DNA of 64,000 bases from a virus. Positions 7,796 to 17,985 of the stretch are shown one piece after another. The notes below the pieces were generated by a model. It worked only from the letters and a program-made list of their open reading frames with translations. It had not been told where the DNA came from and made no database searches. The DNA lies in IMG/VR virus record IMGVR_UViG_3300044640_000597, positions 1 to 64,000 of that record. One strand, 5' to 3'. Position 1 is the first letter of the stretch. Every line of letters begins with the position of its first letter. Both the position numbers and the translations under genes were made by a program.

Positions 7796-8149
7796 ATGGC
7801 AATCGAAGCTACAGTTGCACAAGAAGTTGCAACACAACCTACCACCGTAATTACGGTGTCATCAGTTCTTGGGGATTTGAATAACGGCATGGACAGAAAT
7901 GCTATTGCTAGGAAGTATGGTCTATCTGCTGCAGAAATTGCAGAGGTATTCAAGCACCCAAAGCTCAAAGGTCTACGTGCTCGTCGTAAGATTACACGTA
8001 TCTCTATTGTAGATGACACAGTAGAAAACCCAGTAACTATTCCTACAGTTCCTCAAACTGGAATTAGATTAACAGATAGTGAGGTGGTTACAAATCCTAA
8101 CCAACTTGATCTGCTTGACTTGATTGTTGATGCAGAAGCATCAATCTGA
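7796..8149 (+). CDS. Small HTH protein
   Basis: GMDRNAIARKYGLSAAEIAEVF HTH-like segment followed by a basic patch. Confidence 0.6.
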   Translation: MAIEATVAQEVATQPTTVITVSSVLGDLNNGMDRNAIARKYGLSAAEIAEVFKHPKLKGLRARRKITRISIVDDTVENPVTIPTVPQTGIRLTDSEVVTNPNQLDLLDLIVDAEASI

Positions 8150-8199
8150 GAGGGAAGGGACATAGTTTACAAAATGTTTTACCGTTAAAAATTATTAAA

Positions 8200-8967
8200 A
8201 TGGCTATTCAATCGAATAATTCAGAAGAAGTTGTAGCAGGTGGTGGCATAACCCTATATACAGGTATTGCCCCAGTATCAGTAGTTGCAGTTAATCCTAG
8301 CTTAGATGAGCTATCAGATTTAGGTATTAATCTCAGAAACGAACCAGAGTATAAGGTGACTCTTAACGAGGAGGACTATAATAAGCTGGTATTCTGGCTT
8401 AAGTCTGACGTTCCTGGTCTGTCTTTTACTACTAGATTCGAGATTCTTATGCAGTCTAAGCACCGTGCATCTAAGGATGGAAGCAAGTTTATGTGGGCTA
8501 ACAACATTGGTCAGACTACATGGAGTGCAGATGTCCCTGCATATGACTGGTGGAAAAATAAAGATAAAACCAGAAAAGCTTATGTTGGTGAGGATACTTT
8601 GATTAACTTTACCAAGGCTTGGGCTAACGTGGCAGCAGGTGGAGAGGTATCATTTGATACTATCGATGCTATTGCTGAGGGAGATGTAAGAGAGTTGCAA
8701 GAGTATGTTAATGTACTCAGTGCTAACAAATTACGTGTCCTTGTAGGTGTTAAAGATGGCAAGTATCAGGCTGTCTACAACCGTCACTTTGGTCGTCTTA
8801 AGCCAATGAGAGATGATATGTTTATCAAGGCTTTGAATGAGGACTATGGTTCTTTCAATGCTGAGTATAACAAGGATCTCAAACTGCAGGTTTATTCCCC
8901 AACTATGATTGTGGCTGACCCTGTAGCAGTTCCAGCAGGTGATTCTGCTGATGCTTGGGATGTTTAA
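8200..8967 (+). CDS. Probable single-stranded DNA-binding protein
   Basis: Lies between the Sak4-like ATPase and primase; acidic/aromatic tail DSADAWDV; function inferred from synteny. Confidence 0.55.
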   Translation: MAIQSNNSEEVVAGGGITLYTGIAPVSVVAVNPSLDELSDLGINLRNEPEYKVTLNEEDYNKLVFWLKSDVPGLSFTTRFEILMQSKHRASKDGSKFMWANNIGQTTWSADVPAYDWWKNKDKTRKAYVGEDTLINFTKAWANVAAGGEVSFDTIDAIAEGDVRELQEYVNVLSANKLRVLVGVKDGKYQAVYNRHFGRLKPMRDDMFIKALNEDYGSFNAEYNKDLKLQVYSPTMIVADPVAVPAGDSADAWDV

Positions 8968-9006
8968 GTTGTTTAGTGTGTGTGTATATTGTTATTGATT
9001 AAGAGT

Positions 9007-9043
9007 GAGAATGGGGGGCGACGGCTCCCCATTTTCTATTTTT
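9007..9043 (+). terminator. Intrinsic terminator-like hairpin
   Basis: GAGAATGGGGGGC-GACG-GCTCCCCATTTTC then TATTTTT. Confidence 0.7.
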
Positions 9044-9044
9044 G
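9037..9044 (+). promoter_or_regulatory. Bacteroidota -7 promoter box, possibly leaderless transcript
   Basis: TATTTTTG-TAACT-ATG(9050). Confidence 0.45.
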
Positions 9045-9049
9045 TAACT

Positions 9050-10033
9050 ATGATTCAGATAAGGAACAGCGATGCTTACTTGGATAAAGATTCTGTTCTT
9101 TGTAAAATTTCAGAGTACGATATCTTCAAGTTCTATTGTCACAGTTTTAAGAAGAATGGTGACAAGTTTTGTAGTGAGCTCAGACAAGATAGATCCCCAA
9201 CTTGCTCGATAATCCAGTACAATGGTAAGCTATTGTATAAGGATTTCGGTAATGGGGAGAGCCATGATTGTTTTAGTTACGTGCAACGTAAGTATAATCT
9301 GACATTTATAGAAGCACTCAAGGTAATAGATGCTGACTTTGGGCTAGGACTCCACACAGGGACTATGACCAAGGCTGAGATGGCTATTACCTATGGGGAT
9401 CAAGTTATTGAGGAGAAAAGGCCCACTATGATTACTAAACGTAGTAGAAGGTGGACTGAAGAAGATGTTAAATTCTGGGGAAAGTTTGGGATAGACTTAG
9501 AGTTATTGACTAAATTTGCTGTAGAGCCGATCGATTACTTTTGGATCAATGAGGTTCGGTATAGCTGCCACACTCTGGCTTATGCATATAATATCAACGG
9601 GAGATATAAGATCTACAGGCCGTTGGAAACAGAGGGTAAGTGGTTCAGTAATACTACTAAAAATGATATCCAAGGCTATGGCCAATTGAAAGACAGTGGA
9701 GACATTGTCTTTCTTGCTTCATCACTAAAGGATGTTATGACTTTGAATGCTCTGGGATTCGAGGGAGTAGCAATGCAGAGTGAGATGCAGATGCCTAGTC
9801 AGAAGTTTATTGATCATCTCAAGACGAGATTTAACTTAGTGGTTGTGCTGTATGATAATGACTTTAATTCTGATACAAATCCAGGCCAGACTATGGCTAA
9901 CAAAATTTGTAATACGTATCAGTTAATCAATGTCATTATACCAGCCCATTATAAATCTAAGGATATATCAGATCTTGTTAGAGATCATGGAAAAGATTGT
10001 GCACAGAGAATAATTAACATTCAACTACCTTAA
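9050..10033 (+). CDS. DNA primase (crAss-type, Toprim)
   Basis: SELRQDRSPTCS and YKDFG N-terminal domain; SSLKDVM, QSE, YDND, KDISD motifs. Confidence 0.88.
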   Translation: MIQIRNSDAYLDKDSVLCKISEYDIFKFYCHSFKKNGDKFCSELRQDRSPTCSIIQYNGKLLYKDFGNGESHDCFSYVQRKYNLTFIEALKVIDADFGLGLHTGTMTKAEMAITYGDQVIEEKRPTMITKRSRRWTEEDVKFWGKFGIDLELLTKFAVEPIDYFWINEVRYSCHTLAYAYNINGRYKIYRPLETEGKWFSNTTKNDIQGYGQLKDSGDIVFLASSLKDVMTLNALGFEGVAMQSEMQMPSQKFIDHLKTRFNLVVVLYDNDFNSDTNPGQTMANKICNTYQLINVIIPAHYKSKDISDLVRDHGKDCAQRIINIQLP

Positions 10034-10261
10034 ATGACTGATTCTAAATACTATACAGACCCAGAGGTTAGAGAAAGAATTGACACTATACTAAAAAATT
10101 GTGCAAATCTGTTCAGCAACCTTGGTACTTACACTACTTTTGATGTACAAGACATCAGAATTGCAAAACAACTAGAACGACAATGGCTAAACGAAATACA
10201 AGAACTCGATCCAATACTGTTCGAAAAGCTGGTCCCAAGAAAGGAAGCCGAGGAAAAATAA
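10034..10261 (+). CDS. Hypothetical protein
   Basis: 75-aa ORF abutting the primase stop. Confidence 0.65.
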   Translation: MTDSKYYTDPEVRERIDTILKNCANLFSNLGTYTTFDVQDIRIAKQLERQWLNEIQELDPILFEKLVPRKEAEEK

Positions 10262-10677
10262 AAGCTACTCAAAAAGTAGTTGACGGCATACAGTTTAAGT
10301 CAATGTTGGAGGTGTTCACGTATCGTAAGCTATTAGAGTATGAGTTAAGATTTGAGTACGAACAACGTAAGTTCGTCATTATGCAAGGGTTTGATTACCC
10401 TCAGTGTTCTTGGGAGACTCTACCTAGTGGGGATTTTAAAGATAAAGGGAACGGAAAAGTTCGTGATATCACATACACCCCAGACTTTGTAGGGTATGAT
10501 TCTAAAGGAAAACTTAAATGGGTAATCGAGTGTAAAGGTTTTGCTAACGAAAGGTTCCCTAATACGTGGAAGCTATTCAAGCAGACTTTGATACGAGAAG
10601 GAACAGTAATCCCACTGTATCTCCCTAAAAATCAGAAGCAGGTCTTAGAGACAATCGAAAAGATACTAGCTTTATAA
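10183..10677 (+). CDS. PD-(D/E)xK endonuclease (T7 endonuclease I/DUF1064-like resolvase)
   Basis: DGIQFKSMLE, YTPDF, IECKG; basic N-terminal tail. Confidence 0.85.
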   Translation: MAKRNTRTRSNTVRKAGPKKGSRGKIKATQKVVDGIQFKSMLEVFTYRKLLEYELRFEYEQRKFVIMQGFDYPQCSWETLPSGDFKDKGNGKVRDITYTPDFVGYDSKGKLKWVIECKGFANERFPNTWKLFKQTLIREGTVIPLYLPKNQKQVLETIEKILAL

Positions 10678-10695
10678 TCAACAATTTAACTAACT

Positions 10696-10724
10696 AAAGG
10701 TCTGGAGAAATCTAGGCCTTTTTT
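10696..10724 (+). terminator. Intrinsic terminator
   Basis: AAAGGTCTGGA-GAAA-TCTAGGCCTTT plus T-tract. Confidence 0.8.
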
Positions 10725-10735
10725 ATTTTATCCTA

Positions 10736-13528
10736 ATGAGTATTAAAACTATTGAAGACAACTACATTGGGATGGACAAGGGTGTGGCTAAGAGGATTAA
10801 TAAGGGAGCTGAGAAGCTTGTCTTTGATATCTTGCAGGCTACTCAGTATTCCACCCCTATCCCTTCAACCGTCAGAGAGCTGGTAACAAATGCCTGCGAT
10901 GCTCAACGAGAGAAGGAGATTGCTATTGAGATTCTTACTGGGGTTAAACAAGCATCAGACTACTACATAACCAGAGATGGGGAGCAGTATTCTGATTCTA
11001 ACTTTGACCCTAGTTACTATTCTATCTCTAACCTTGATATTGTACGTAACCATATTGAGATAACTTATCAGCACAACGATGGCATTGGCTATTGTGATAA
11101 GCTATCTATCAAAGATTATGGCGTAGGTATCGGGGCTAAGAGACTAGAAGGTATCCTTGAGCTAGGCTATTCTACTAAACGTAACACAAGTCAGAACTTC
11201 GGTGCTTTCGGCTTGGGTGCTAAGGTAGCACTGTCAACTGGTGTAGACTTCTACACTATCGAGACGGTGTACAATGGCAAGAGATTCAAGGCTAATTGTT
11301 TTAACTATAAGACTGACTTTATCATCCCGAAGTTCAATCTTACGACAGGCCAGATTAACCCATCGATTACTTTGTCTGATGGATCTGTAGTATATTATGA
11401 GGATACTACTGATCTTAACTGGACTGAGGTAAGTCTTGGTGTTAAGTCCCACAACTCAGCTAGATTCAATGAGGCTATAGAAGAGCAGCTCAACTATCTT
11501 GATAATGTGCGTTTCTATGCAGTGATGAATGGTCACAAGATGGAGCAGAAGATTAAGAGTGAGATCATCTATAACTCTAAGAACCTGATTGTCTCTACTA
11601 ATAACTATTTAAGAAAGCCTCACATTGTTATTGTAAAGGAAGAGGGAGCTGAGACGGGTATTAACTATGGCTATGTAGACTTTAGAGAGTTAGAGATGCA
11701 GGATCTGTATGGTCCTGTAGGCTTGAAGTGCCCAATTAAACAATCTTACATCGATGATGAAGGGCAAGAGGTAATCATTCAGGATGGTGTCGAGGTAACT
11801 CCATCACGAGAGAAGGTTATTTGGAGTGATTCGACTAAGGCTTTCATTCAGAAGCTTATCGATGCAGCTGCAGATGAGGTAACAGAACTCGTGGAGAAAG
11901 AGTTGTTAGAGACAGACTTCCTTAAGTGGTTAGATACTTGCAGACAAATCACTGGTGGTAAGACAGGAAATAAATACTCAGATAATCCAAGTGAAAGAAC
12001 CCTTGCAATACTATCAAACATCATTGATACTAAGTCCATCAAGCCTAAGTATTCTCCTGATACGACTATTAAATTTACTAGTATTCCATCAACTCTTAAT
12101 GGTTTTAGCGTAAAAGCTCATACTCAAAAGATTGATCATCTTAGAATTACTGGTGATGTACGTGTGCAGGTTGAGTATGTAAGTAATAAGATAGACCACT
12201 GGGATCAGATTGGGGATAAGAAAGTATTCTATCGTATAGGTAATGCTAATAAGTATAAGGATTTCTATTTGTATCAGAAGTATGGTCCATTTGTAACTAT
12301 TAAGAAGACTAACCTTAGTTACTTGCAGGATCATATGGATAGTCCTGGTATACCTGATACAGATATAACTTATTACCAAGCAGAGTATACTAAGAAAAAA
12401 TCTAATCAAGATTTGATAGAGCCATTGATCAAAGCATCAGAACTTTATGAGAGTTATGATGACATTGTTCTTCCTGACGATATCAAAGAGCAGTATGATG
12501 GGGCTGAGGCTAGTGCTTCGATTGTTAGTACTGGAAATCTAACTCCAGAGGAGAGACGTAAACTTAACTCTCAGATTGTAGGCTACACTCTTCGTCCTGA
12601 TGATCATAGAACTGCTGGTAATTCTTACAAAGATTTTGTATGGGATAAGGTGGAGCCAACTCTACGTACAGTTATTAATAGTACAATTCCTACTTACTAT
12701 GGTACTGACGAAGATGCTGATAAGCTGAAGATGGCTGCTGCTATTCTAAAGAGTTTTAATATGAAGTTTAGTACTGGGATTAAGAATCATTATTCTTGGG
12801 TTCCTCACGGCAGTTCAAATGATACTTTATATTACTTTGATTGTCTTGCTACTAGATTTACTGATCGTAATGGTTACTTTTCAGTCAAACCAAATGTAGA
12901 TTACAGTGAGCAAACTCAGTTGCTAAAGCTTAGTGAGTCTAATGTTAAACATGTAAGAGACTTGGCTAATTACAAACACATTGATGAGTTCTTTAGAACT
13001 GTAGATGCTGAGGGTAATTATACTTGTCATCCAGCTGTTAACATGCTTGCTAATCATATGTGGGCTAAGCAGTTCCCAATTTGGGAAAGTTTTAGTGTTT
13101 ACAATGATTGCTTTAATCTTGATTTTATTGATGAGAAGTATCATGAGATATACAAGTATCTTCTAAACATTTATACTAAGTTTGATTCTATTGTATTCTA
13201 CAAAACACCAGGAGAAGAGCTACTTATAGATCTAAAGAGTGATCTTACTAATCTTACTGCTTTTGAATTGTTTTCTGCAGCTGACATATCTGATGATATG
13301 AGAGCTGAGTTATCTGCTAAGTTCTTTGTTCTATCTGATATCCCAGGAGTAAAAGTCTTGGATTATAAATTTATGGAGGTTATAAGATTTGCTGATGAGT
13401 TTGCAAAAGACACTAAGCATTTACTTCCACGTGTAAGCTCTTACAATATATCAGAGACTAATGAACAGATAACAATCTATCTGAAAGCCTTACAGGTGTT
13501 GGAAATTCCTATCCCTGAGCTCAATTAA
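10736..13528 (+). CDS. rIIA: RIIA-like protein (N-terminal GHKL ATPase)
   Basis: VRELVTNACDA, DYGVG, YSTK, GAFGLGAK, PSRE; followed by an rIIB-like gene. Confidence 0.88.
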   Translation: MSIKTIEDNYIGMDKGVAKRINKGAEKLVFDILQATQYSTPIPSTVRELVTNACDAQREKEIAIEILTGVKQASDYYITRDGEQYSDSNFDPSYYSISNLDIVRNHIEITYQHNDGIGYCDKLSIKDYGVGIGAKRLEGILELGYSTKRNTSQNFGAFGLGAKVALSTGVDFYTIETVYNGKRFKANCFNYKTDFIIPKFNLTTGQINPSITLSDGSVVYYEDTTDLNWTEVSLGVKSHNSARFNEAIEEQLNYLDNVRFYAVMNGHKMEQKIKSEIIYNSKNLIVSTNNYLRKPHIVIVKEEGAETGINYGYVDFRELEMQDLYGPVGLKCPIKQSYIDDEGQEVIIQDGVEVTPSREKVIWSDSTKAFIQKLIDAAADEVTELVEKELLETDFLKWLDTCRQITGGKTGNKYSDNPSERTLAILSNIIDTKSIKPKYSPDTTIKFTSIPSTLNGFSVKAHTQKIDHLRITGDVRVQVEYVSNKIDHWDQIGDKKVFYRIGNANKYKDFYLYQKYGPFVTIKKTNLSYLQDHMDSPGIPDTDITYYQAEYTKKKSNQDLIEPLIKASELYESYDDIVLPDDIKEQYDGAEASASIVSTGNLTPEERRKLNSQIVGYTLRPDDHRTAGNSYKDFVWDKVEPTLRTVINSTIPTYYGTDEDADKLKMAAAILKSFNMKFSTGIKNHYSWVPHGSSNDTLYYFDCLATRFTDRNGYFSVKPNVDYSEQTQLLKLSESNVKHVRDLANYKHIDEFFRTVDAEGNYTCHPAVNMLANHMWAKQFPIWESFSVYNDCFNLDFIDEKYHEIYKYLLNIYTKFDSIVFYKTPGEELLIDLKSDLTNLTAFELFSAADISDDMRAELSAKFFVLSDIPGVKVLDYKFMEVIRFADEFAKDTKHLLPRVSSYNISETNEQITIYLKALQVLEIPIPELN

Positions 13529-13533
13529 TTTCG

Positions 13534-13541
13534 TATCTTTA
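13534..13541 (+). promoter_or_regulatory. Variant -7 promoter box
   Basis: TATCTTTA in the rIIA-rIIB gap; same octamer upstream of 59079 on the - strand. Confidence 0.35.
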
Positions 13542-13557
13542 TAGTAAATAATTAAAC

Positions 13558-14727
13558 ATGATTTATATCAATGTAATTGACGATAGGATCTGCGGATCCT
13601 ATGGAGACACTCCGTTCTCTGTTCAGCATAGCCCTGAACTGTATGAGAAGCTGAGTAAACTTGCTGAACTTGCTAACGATGCCTCTACTATTGAGGAGTA
13701 TCGTAAGTTTCTTGATGAGTTTGGATTGAACACACAAGAAGATTACACTAAACTTATCCAAGATAAGTGTGAGTTTATCTTCGTAAACAGAGCTACTGGT
13801 GAGTTCTTTCTGAAGCATGGGGAGACTGTCTCTACTATCCCAATGCCTGAGGCTTTGGTAGAAAGAATCTATGAATCTATTGACAAAGGGATTGACTTCA
13901 ATCCACTTGTTAAGATGTGGACTAGATGGCTTCGTAACCCTATCCTCAGAAAGAAGATGAAGGATGGAAGAGGTAGAGAATTCTCTGAGAGATTCTTCAA
14001 CTTTGTAAATCTTAAGTATGTACACCCTGTACTATTTAAGAAATATACAGAAGAGATGGGTTTCTCTGATGAGAAGGCTATCGATGCTGCTACTATGTAT
14101 CAGATGAAGATTACTAAAGAGGGTCTCTTGAATGGTTACAAAGTATCCAAAGAGATTCTACATAAGTATGATCCTGAGACTGGTGAGGTTCATGACCGTT
14201 ACAAGAGAACTTTCAATGTAGACACTGGTGAGATTGAGTCAGAAGGATTGCCAGAGTTTGTAGAAGACAGATTGTTTGAGCCAGCAGTTATGGGGAGTGG
14301 CGGTGATGCATTCTATTGTGAGGGAGCTAATGGCTATGGAACCCCAGGCCACTTCATCAAGGTAGGTTGTGTTCATCGTCTTGATTCTTGGGATAAGGTA
14401 AACACAGACGATCATCTATCTTGTGTTCCAGGTTTGCACTTTGGTGGTCTGAAGTATATCTCTGGATACGGTGGTGAGATTCACAATGTGTTTGTTGACC
14501 CAATGCACATCGGTGCAGTTCCAGATGATTCAACAGGTGCTATTCGATGCTTGCAGTACTTCGTTCACTCAAGCTTGGCTGGAGTTAATGGCTCTATCTA
14601 TCACTCTTCTACTTATGCAGCTATGACAGATGCTGAGTGGGATAAGATGAGAGAGGAGGCTGTTGCTTTGTCAATAGAGAAAGCAAAGAAACTTAAAGAA
14701 GAGCAAGACGAACTAAATTCATTATAA
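13558..14727 (+). CDS. rIIB: RIIB-like protein
   Basis: ITKEGLLNGYK; SCVPGLHFG; VFVDPMHIGAVPDD; IRCLQY. Confidence 0.88.
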   Translation: MIYINVIDDRICGSYGDTPFSVQHSPELYEKLSKLAELANDASTIEEYRKFLDEFGLNTQEDYTKLIQDKCEFIFVNRATGEFFLKHGETVSTIPMPEALVERIYESIDKGIDFNPLVKMWTRWLRNPILRKKMKDGRGREFSERFFNFVNLKYVHPVLFKKYTEEMGFSDEKAIDAATMYQMKITKEGLLNGYKVSKEILHKYDPETGEVHDRYKRTFNVDTGEIESEGLPEFVEDRLFEPAVMGSGGDAFYCEGANGYGTPGHFIKVGCVHRLDSWDKVNTDDHLSCVPGLHFGGLKYISGYGGEIHNVFVDPMHIGAVPDDSTGAIRCLQYFVHSSLAGVNGSIYHSSTYAAMTDAEWDKMREEAVALSIEKAKKLKEEQDELNSL

Positions 14728-14730
14728 GCT

Positions 14731-15546
14731 ATGATCGACCCTATAGACACAGAAGGACAAGAGAGTACGATTTGTCTAATTGACGGGGATAGCTTATTAT
14801 ATTACGAGATGGATAAGCCTACTCTAGAGCAAGCCTTAAGTGGTATTGACTCTAGAGTAGAGACTATCCTGACTAATTGTAATGCTAATGCTTACGTTGG
14901 TTTTCTAACTGGGAAGAGTGGATATAGGTATCAAGTCTCCCCAACTTATAAAGCTAATCGTAAGTATCGTCCCAAACCAATTATCTTCTATGCACTCAGA
15001 GAGTACTTGAAGCAGAGGTATACGTTCAAAGAGTTCGATGGATTAGAGGCTGATGATCTTGTTGCTTACTATGGAGTAAACAACAATGATTGGAAGGTTG
15101 TAATCTGTTCTCCCGATAAGGATGTACTGCATCAGTGCATAGGCAAGCATTTTAATTATCAAAAAGTAGAGTTTGTGACAACTAGTGAAACAGATGCAGA
15201 GAAATTTTTATGGAAACAAGTCTTAATGGGGGATAGCACGGATAATATCCAAGGCATCCCAGGTGTAGGAATCAAGACAGCAGAGAATTGGCTGAAGGAT
15301 CGTGAGAAAGAAATCGAAGGGTTTGTGTTGAGAAAATACGTAGAAAAGTTTGGGGTAGTTGAAGGCTTGGAACAGTTCTTCATTAACTTTCGACTGGTGT
15401 ATCTCCTTAAGACTAAGGATGACATACTAAGAGAAGTTAAACTGGAACTACCTGAATTACAGTCTTTAATATGTATTAACTCTAAACCTGAAGAGAATGA
15501 GCCAACAGAATCTGCCCCTGAATCTCCCTCCTGGGAAACCTGGTAA
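14731..15546 (+). CDS. 5'-3' exonuclease/flap endonuclease (T7 gp6/PolI-like)
   Basis: LIDGD, YKANR, EADD, SPDKD, GDSTDNIQGIPGVG. Confidence 0.94.
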   Translation: MIDPIDTEGQESTICLIDGDSLLYYEMDKPTLEQALSGIDSRVETILTNCNANAYVGFLTGKSGYRYQVSPTYKANRKYRPKPIIFYALREYLKQRYTFKEFDGLEADDLVAYYGVNNNDWKVVICSPDKDVLHQCIGKHFNYQKVEFVTTSETDAEKFLWKQVLMGDSTDNIQGIPGVGIKTAENWLKDREKEIEGFVLRKYVEKFGVVEGLEQFFINFRLVYLLKTKDDILREVKLELPELQSLICINSKPEENEPTESAPESPSWETW

Positions 15547-16333
15547 ATCCTTTCTAACCATTGTCAATGCTAGAACAGTAAGACTGTCTGGGGATATAAA
15601 ACAATTCAAGCCAATCTATGATGAATATGAAAGTATTATCAAATTAGAAGGGCAAGAGTTGGATTATCATATCGGACAGGTAATTAGACCTAAGGTAAAA
15701 ACTCCTTACAAGATTAATGTGATTCATAAGTTAGCTGCAGGAGGAGATCCAAAGAATCCTGCTCAAGCCTATGACTTATCTATTGCAAGGCCAAATTTAT
15801 CTTCAATCTTTGCTGCCCCTTTGCTTGGGGGTAATAGAGAGTTATTCTTGTGGGATAAGTATTTTGTCAATGCCTTTGTAGAAACACCAGATGACAAAAA
15901 CATCATTGCAATGCTGTACAGATTTTCAGGGGATGTTTTGTTCTTAAAGTTCGAAGCTGCACTATGTGCATTCAGAACATTTAAGTACAAGATTGACACT
16001 GACTCGAGTCATGTACTGTTTGTATTTGAAGTTCCAGAGACATCACAGAGTGCCTACGAGCATTTGATGAATAGTGAGTATTCTAAGATTGATGACTTCT
16101 TGAAGTTAAAGATTCTAGATTACCACGGGTTTAATATGGATGGTCAAACAGCTAGAGTTTTATTCAAGTCTCAGATTCTAAGAGCTGAACTTGAAGAGAA
16201 GCTAGACTGCACTATTCCTGCAGAGAATGAGCTGCACTCAGCACTTGATATGTCTCAAGAAAGATTTGATCCAGAGTATTATTACACACCTAAATCTATT
16301 ATAGAAAGAAAATCAAATGTCAAAAGTACTTGA
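15497..16333 (+). CDS. Hypothetical protein
   Basis: 278-aa ORF overlapping both neighbours. Confidence 0.75.
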   Translation: MSQQNLPLNLPPGKPGKSFLTIVNARTVRLSGDIKQFKPIYDEYESIIKLEGQELDYHIGQVIRPKVKTPYKINVIHKLAAGGDPKNPAQAYDLSIARPNLSSIFAAPLLGGNRELFLWDKYFVNAFVETPDDKNIIAMLYRFSGDVLFLKFEAALCAFRTFKYKIDTDSSHVLFVFEVPETSQSAYEHLMNSEYSKIDDFLKLKILDYHGFNMDGQTARVLFKSQILRAELEEKLDCTIPAENELHSALDMSQERFDPEYYYTPKSIIERKSNVKST

Positions 16334-17012
16334 ACAATTAGGGGATTGGGCTCCAGTTTATCAGCAAGTAACTGAAGAGCTCGGTCTTGAATACGAAGTG
16401 CTCAAGTCAACTTTAAAAGCAGAGAGAACCTCTAGGATTGTTTACCCAAGCAGTCCAGAGGTTCTTCGAGCTTTTGAGCTGACACAACTCAAAGATTTAA
16501 AAGCAGTCATCATTGGCCAAGATCCGTATCACAATGGAGCTGCAACAGGTCTAGCCTTCGGGGTTAGAGAAGGGTTTAAGATTAACCCAAGTCTTAGAGT
16601 TATTTATAAAGAGCTATGTTTGGAACACGGAGAAGAAGAACTACCTAACTTTGACTTTAGCTTAGAGAGCTGGGCCAAACAAGGTGTACTCCTTCTCAAT
16701 ACAACATTAACTGTGGTAAAAGGTCATCCTAACTCTCATGAAAGTCTGTGGAGAGGCTTTGTAGATAAGATGGTAGGTAAGATGATTCAAGAAAAAGATA
16801 ATGTTGTATTTCTCTTATGGGGTAAATATGCACAGAACAGATTCGATGCTTTAGTTAAGTCTACGAATATGTACTATGGCAAATCCCATGTGTTAATTAC
16901 TGCACCACATCCTGCAGCTGAGGTATACGGAAGTATGAAAGCTGGATTTGTTGGCAGTAATTGTTTTATGAAAGCTAATGATAACTTATCAACACCTATT
17001 AATTGGATATGA
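16317..17012 (+). CDS. ung: Uracil-DNA glycosylase, family 1
   Basis: IIGQDPYH, GLAF, WAKQGVLLLN, FLLWG, HPAA. Confidence 0.95.
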   Translation: MSKVLEQLGDWAPVYQQVTEELGLEYEVLKSTLKAERTSRIVYPSSPEVLRAFELTQLKDLKAVIIGQDPYHNGAATGLAFGVREGFKINPSLRVIYKELCLEHGEEELPNFDFSLESWAKQGVLLLNTTLTVVKGHPNSHESLWRGFVDKMVGKMIQEKDNVVFLLWGKYAQNRFDALVKSTNMYYGKSHVLITAPHPAAEVYGSMKAGFVGSNCFMKANDNLSTPINWI

Positions 17013-17410
17013 CAATAGCACGGCAGTTAAAAATTACGACATTTCCTTTTGATATAAAGAATGAGCAAGGCAAATTAATCTATACTGAATTAAGCAATGG
17101 GTATTGGTGCATATGGGAATATGACCAAGATGGGAATGTAATCTATACCAAAGATAGCGATGGATACATCTTAGACAAACGCCCCAAGCCTAAACCCGAA
17201 CCTGTAAAAAAGCAGACAGCAGTAGAGTGGTATAGAAATACTTTTTTTAAAGCATTGCAAGAAGGTCTTACAATTTCAGAAAGTGAAATTTACAGCCAAG
17301 CCAAAGCAATGGAGGAGGAGCAGCATCAAAGGACGTATCACGCAAAATTAAATAAACATTATTTTGATTTTGACCACTACTACAACGAAACATACGGAGG
17401 TGACAAATGA
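17003..17410 (+). CDS. Modular hypothetical protein (cassette array member)
   Basis: Beta-hairpin repeats GKLIY/GNVIY, PKPKPEP linker, KQTAVEW...YYNETYGGDK module; start may be 17009. Confidence 0.7.
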   Translation: MDMTIARQLKITTFPFDIKNEQGKLIYTELSNGYWCIWEYDQDGNVIYTKDSDGYILDKRPKPKPEPVKKQTAVEWYRNTFFKALQEGLTISESEIYSQAKAMEEEQHQRTYHAKLNKHYFDFDHYYNETYGGDK

Positions 17411-17985
17411 AAAACATACACGTATTACCAACAGATAAACGAAGTATTTTATCGGACTGTGTAAATTACAAGCATGTCTACATCACTTCTGATGAACAAA
17501 TCGAAGACGTAAGACCACACAAAGGTAAGTGGCATTTAGAACAAGGGCAAATTTTAAATAAATTCCCTACCTATTTAACTGATTTGTCAGAATGTAAATT
17601 AGTAATAATGACAACAGACCAAGACTTAATTGCTGATGGTATACAAGCTATTGATCATGAGTTCCTTGAATGGTTTGTAGAGAATCCAAGTTGTGAGGAG
17701 GTTGAGGTTGAATTGCAAATAAAATCAGTTCAGCTACCTCAAAAACAATTATCTAAAAATAGTTATGATTTATCATTTAGATGGATAGATGTAACTTATT
17801 ACAAAATCATCATTCCACAAGAAGAACCTAAACAAGAAACACTTGAAGAGGCTGCTAAAAAGTATAGACTTTCAACTGTTAACAAAATGGGTATTGAAGA
17901 AGTAGCATTTATAACAGGTGCTAAATCAGAAGCGGCAAGAGATTATTGGTTTGAACAATTTAAAAAGAACGGAGGTGACGAATGA
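17407..17985 (+). CDS. Hypothetical protein (cassette array member)
   Basis: 192 aa, ATGA-coupled at both ends, ends GGDE. Confidence 0.75.
   Translation: MKNIHVLPTDKRSILSDCVNYKHVYITSDEQIEDVRPHKGKWHLEQGQILNKFPTYLTDLSECKLVIMTTDQDLIADGIQAIDHEFLEWFVENPSCEEVEVELQIKSVQLPQKQLSKNSYDLSFRWIDVTYYKIIIPQEEPKQETLEEAAKKYRLSTVNKMGIEEVAFITGAKSEAARDYWFEQFKKNGGDE

Noticed and set aside
8976-8986. Short (GT)n run after the SSB gene
   Set aside because: Too short to support phase variation or any specific function
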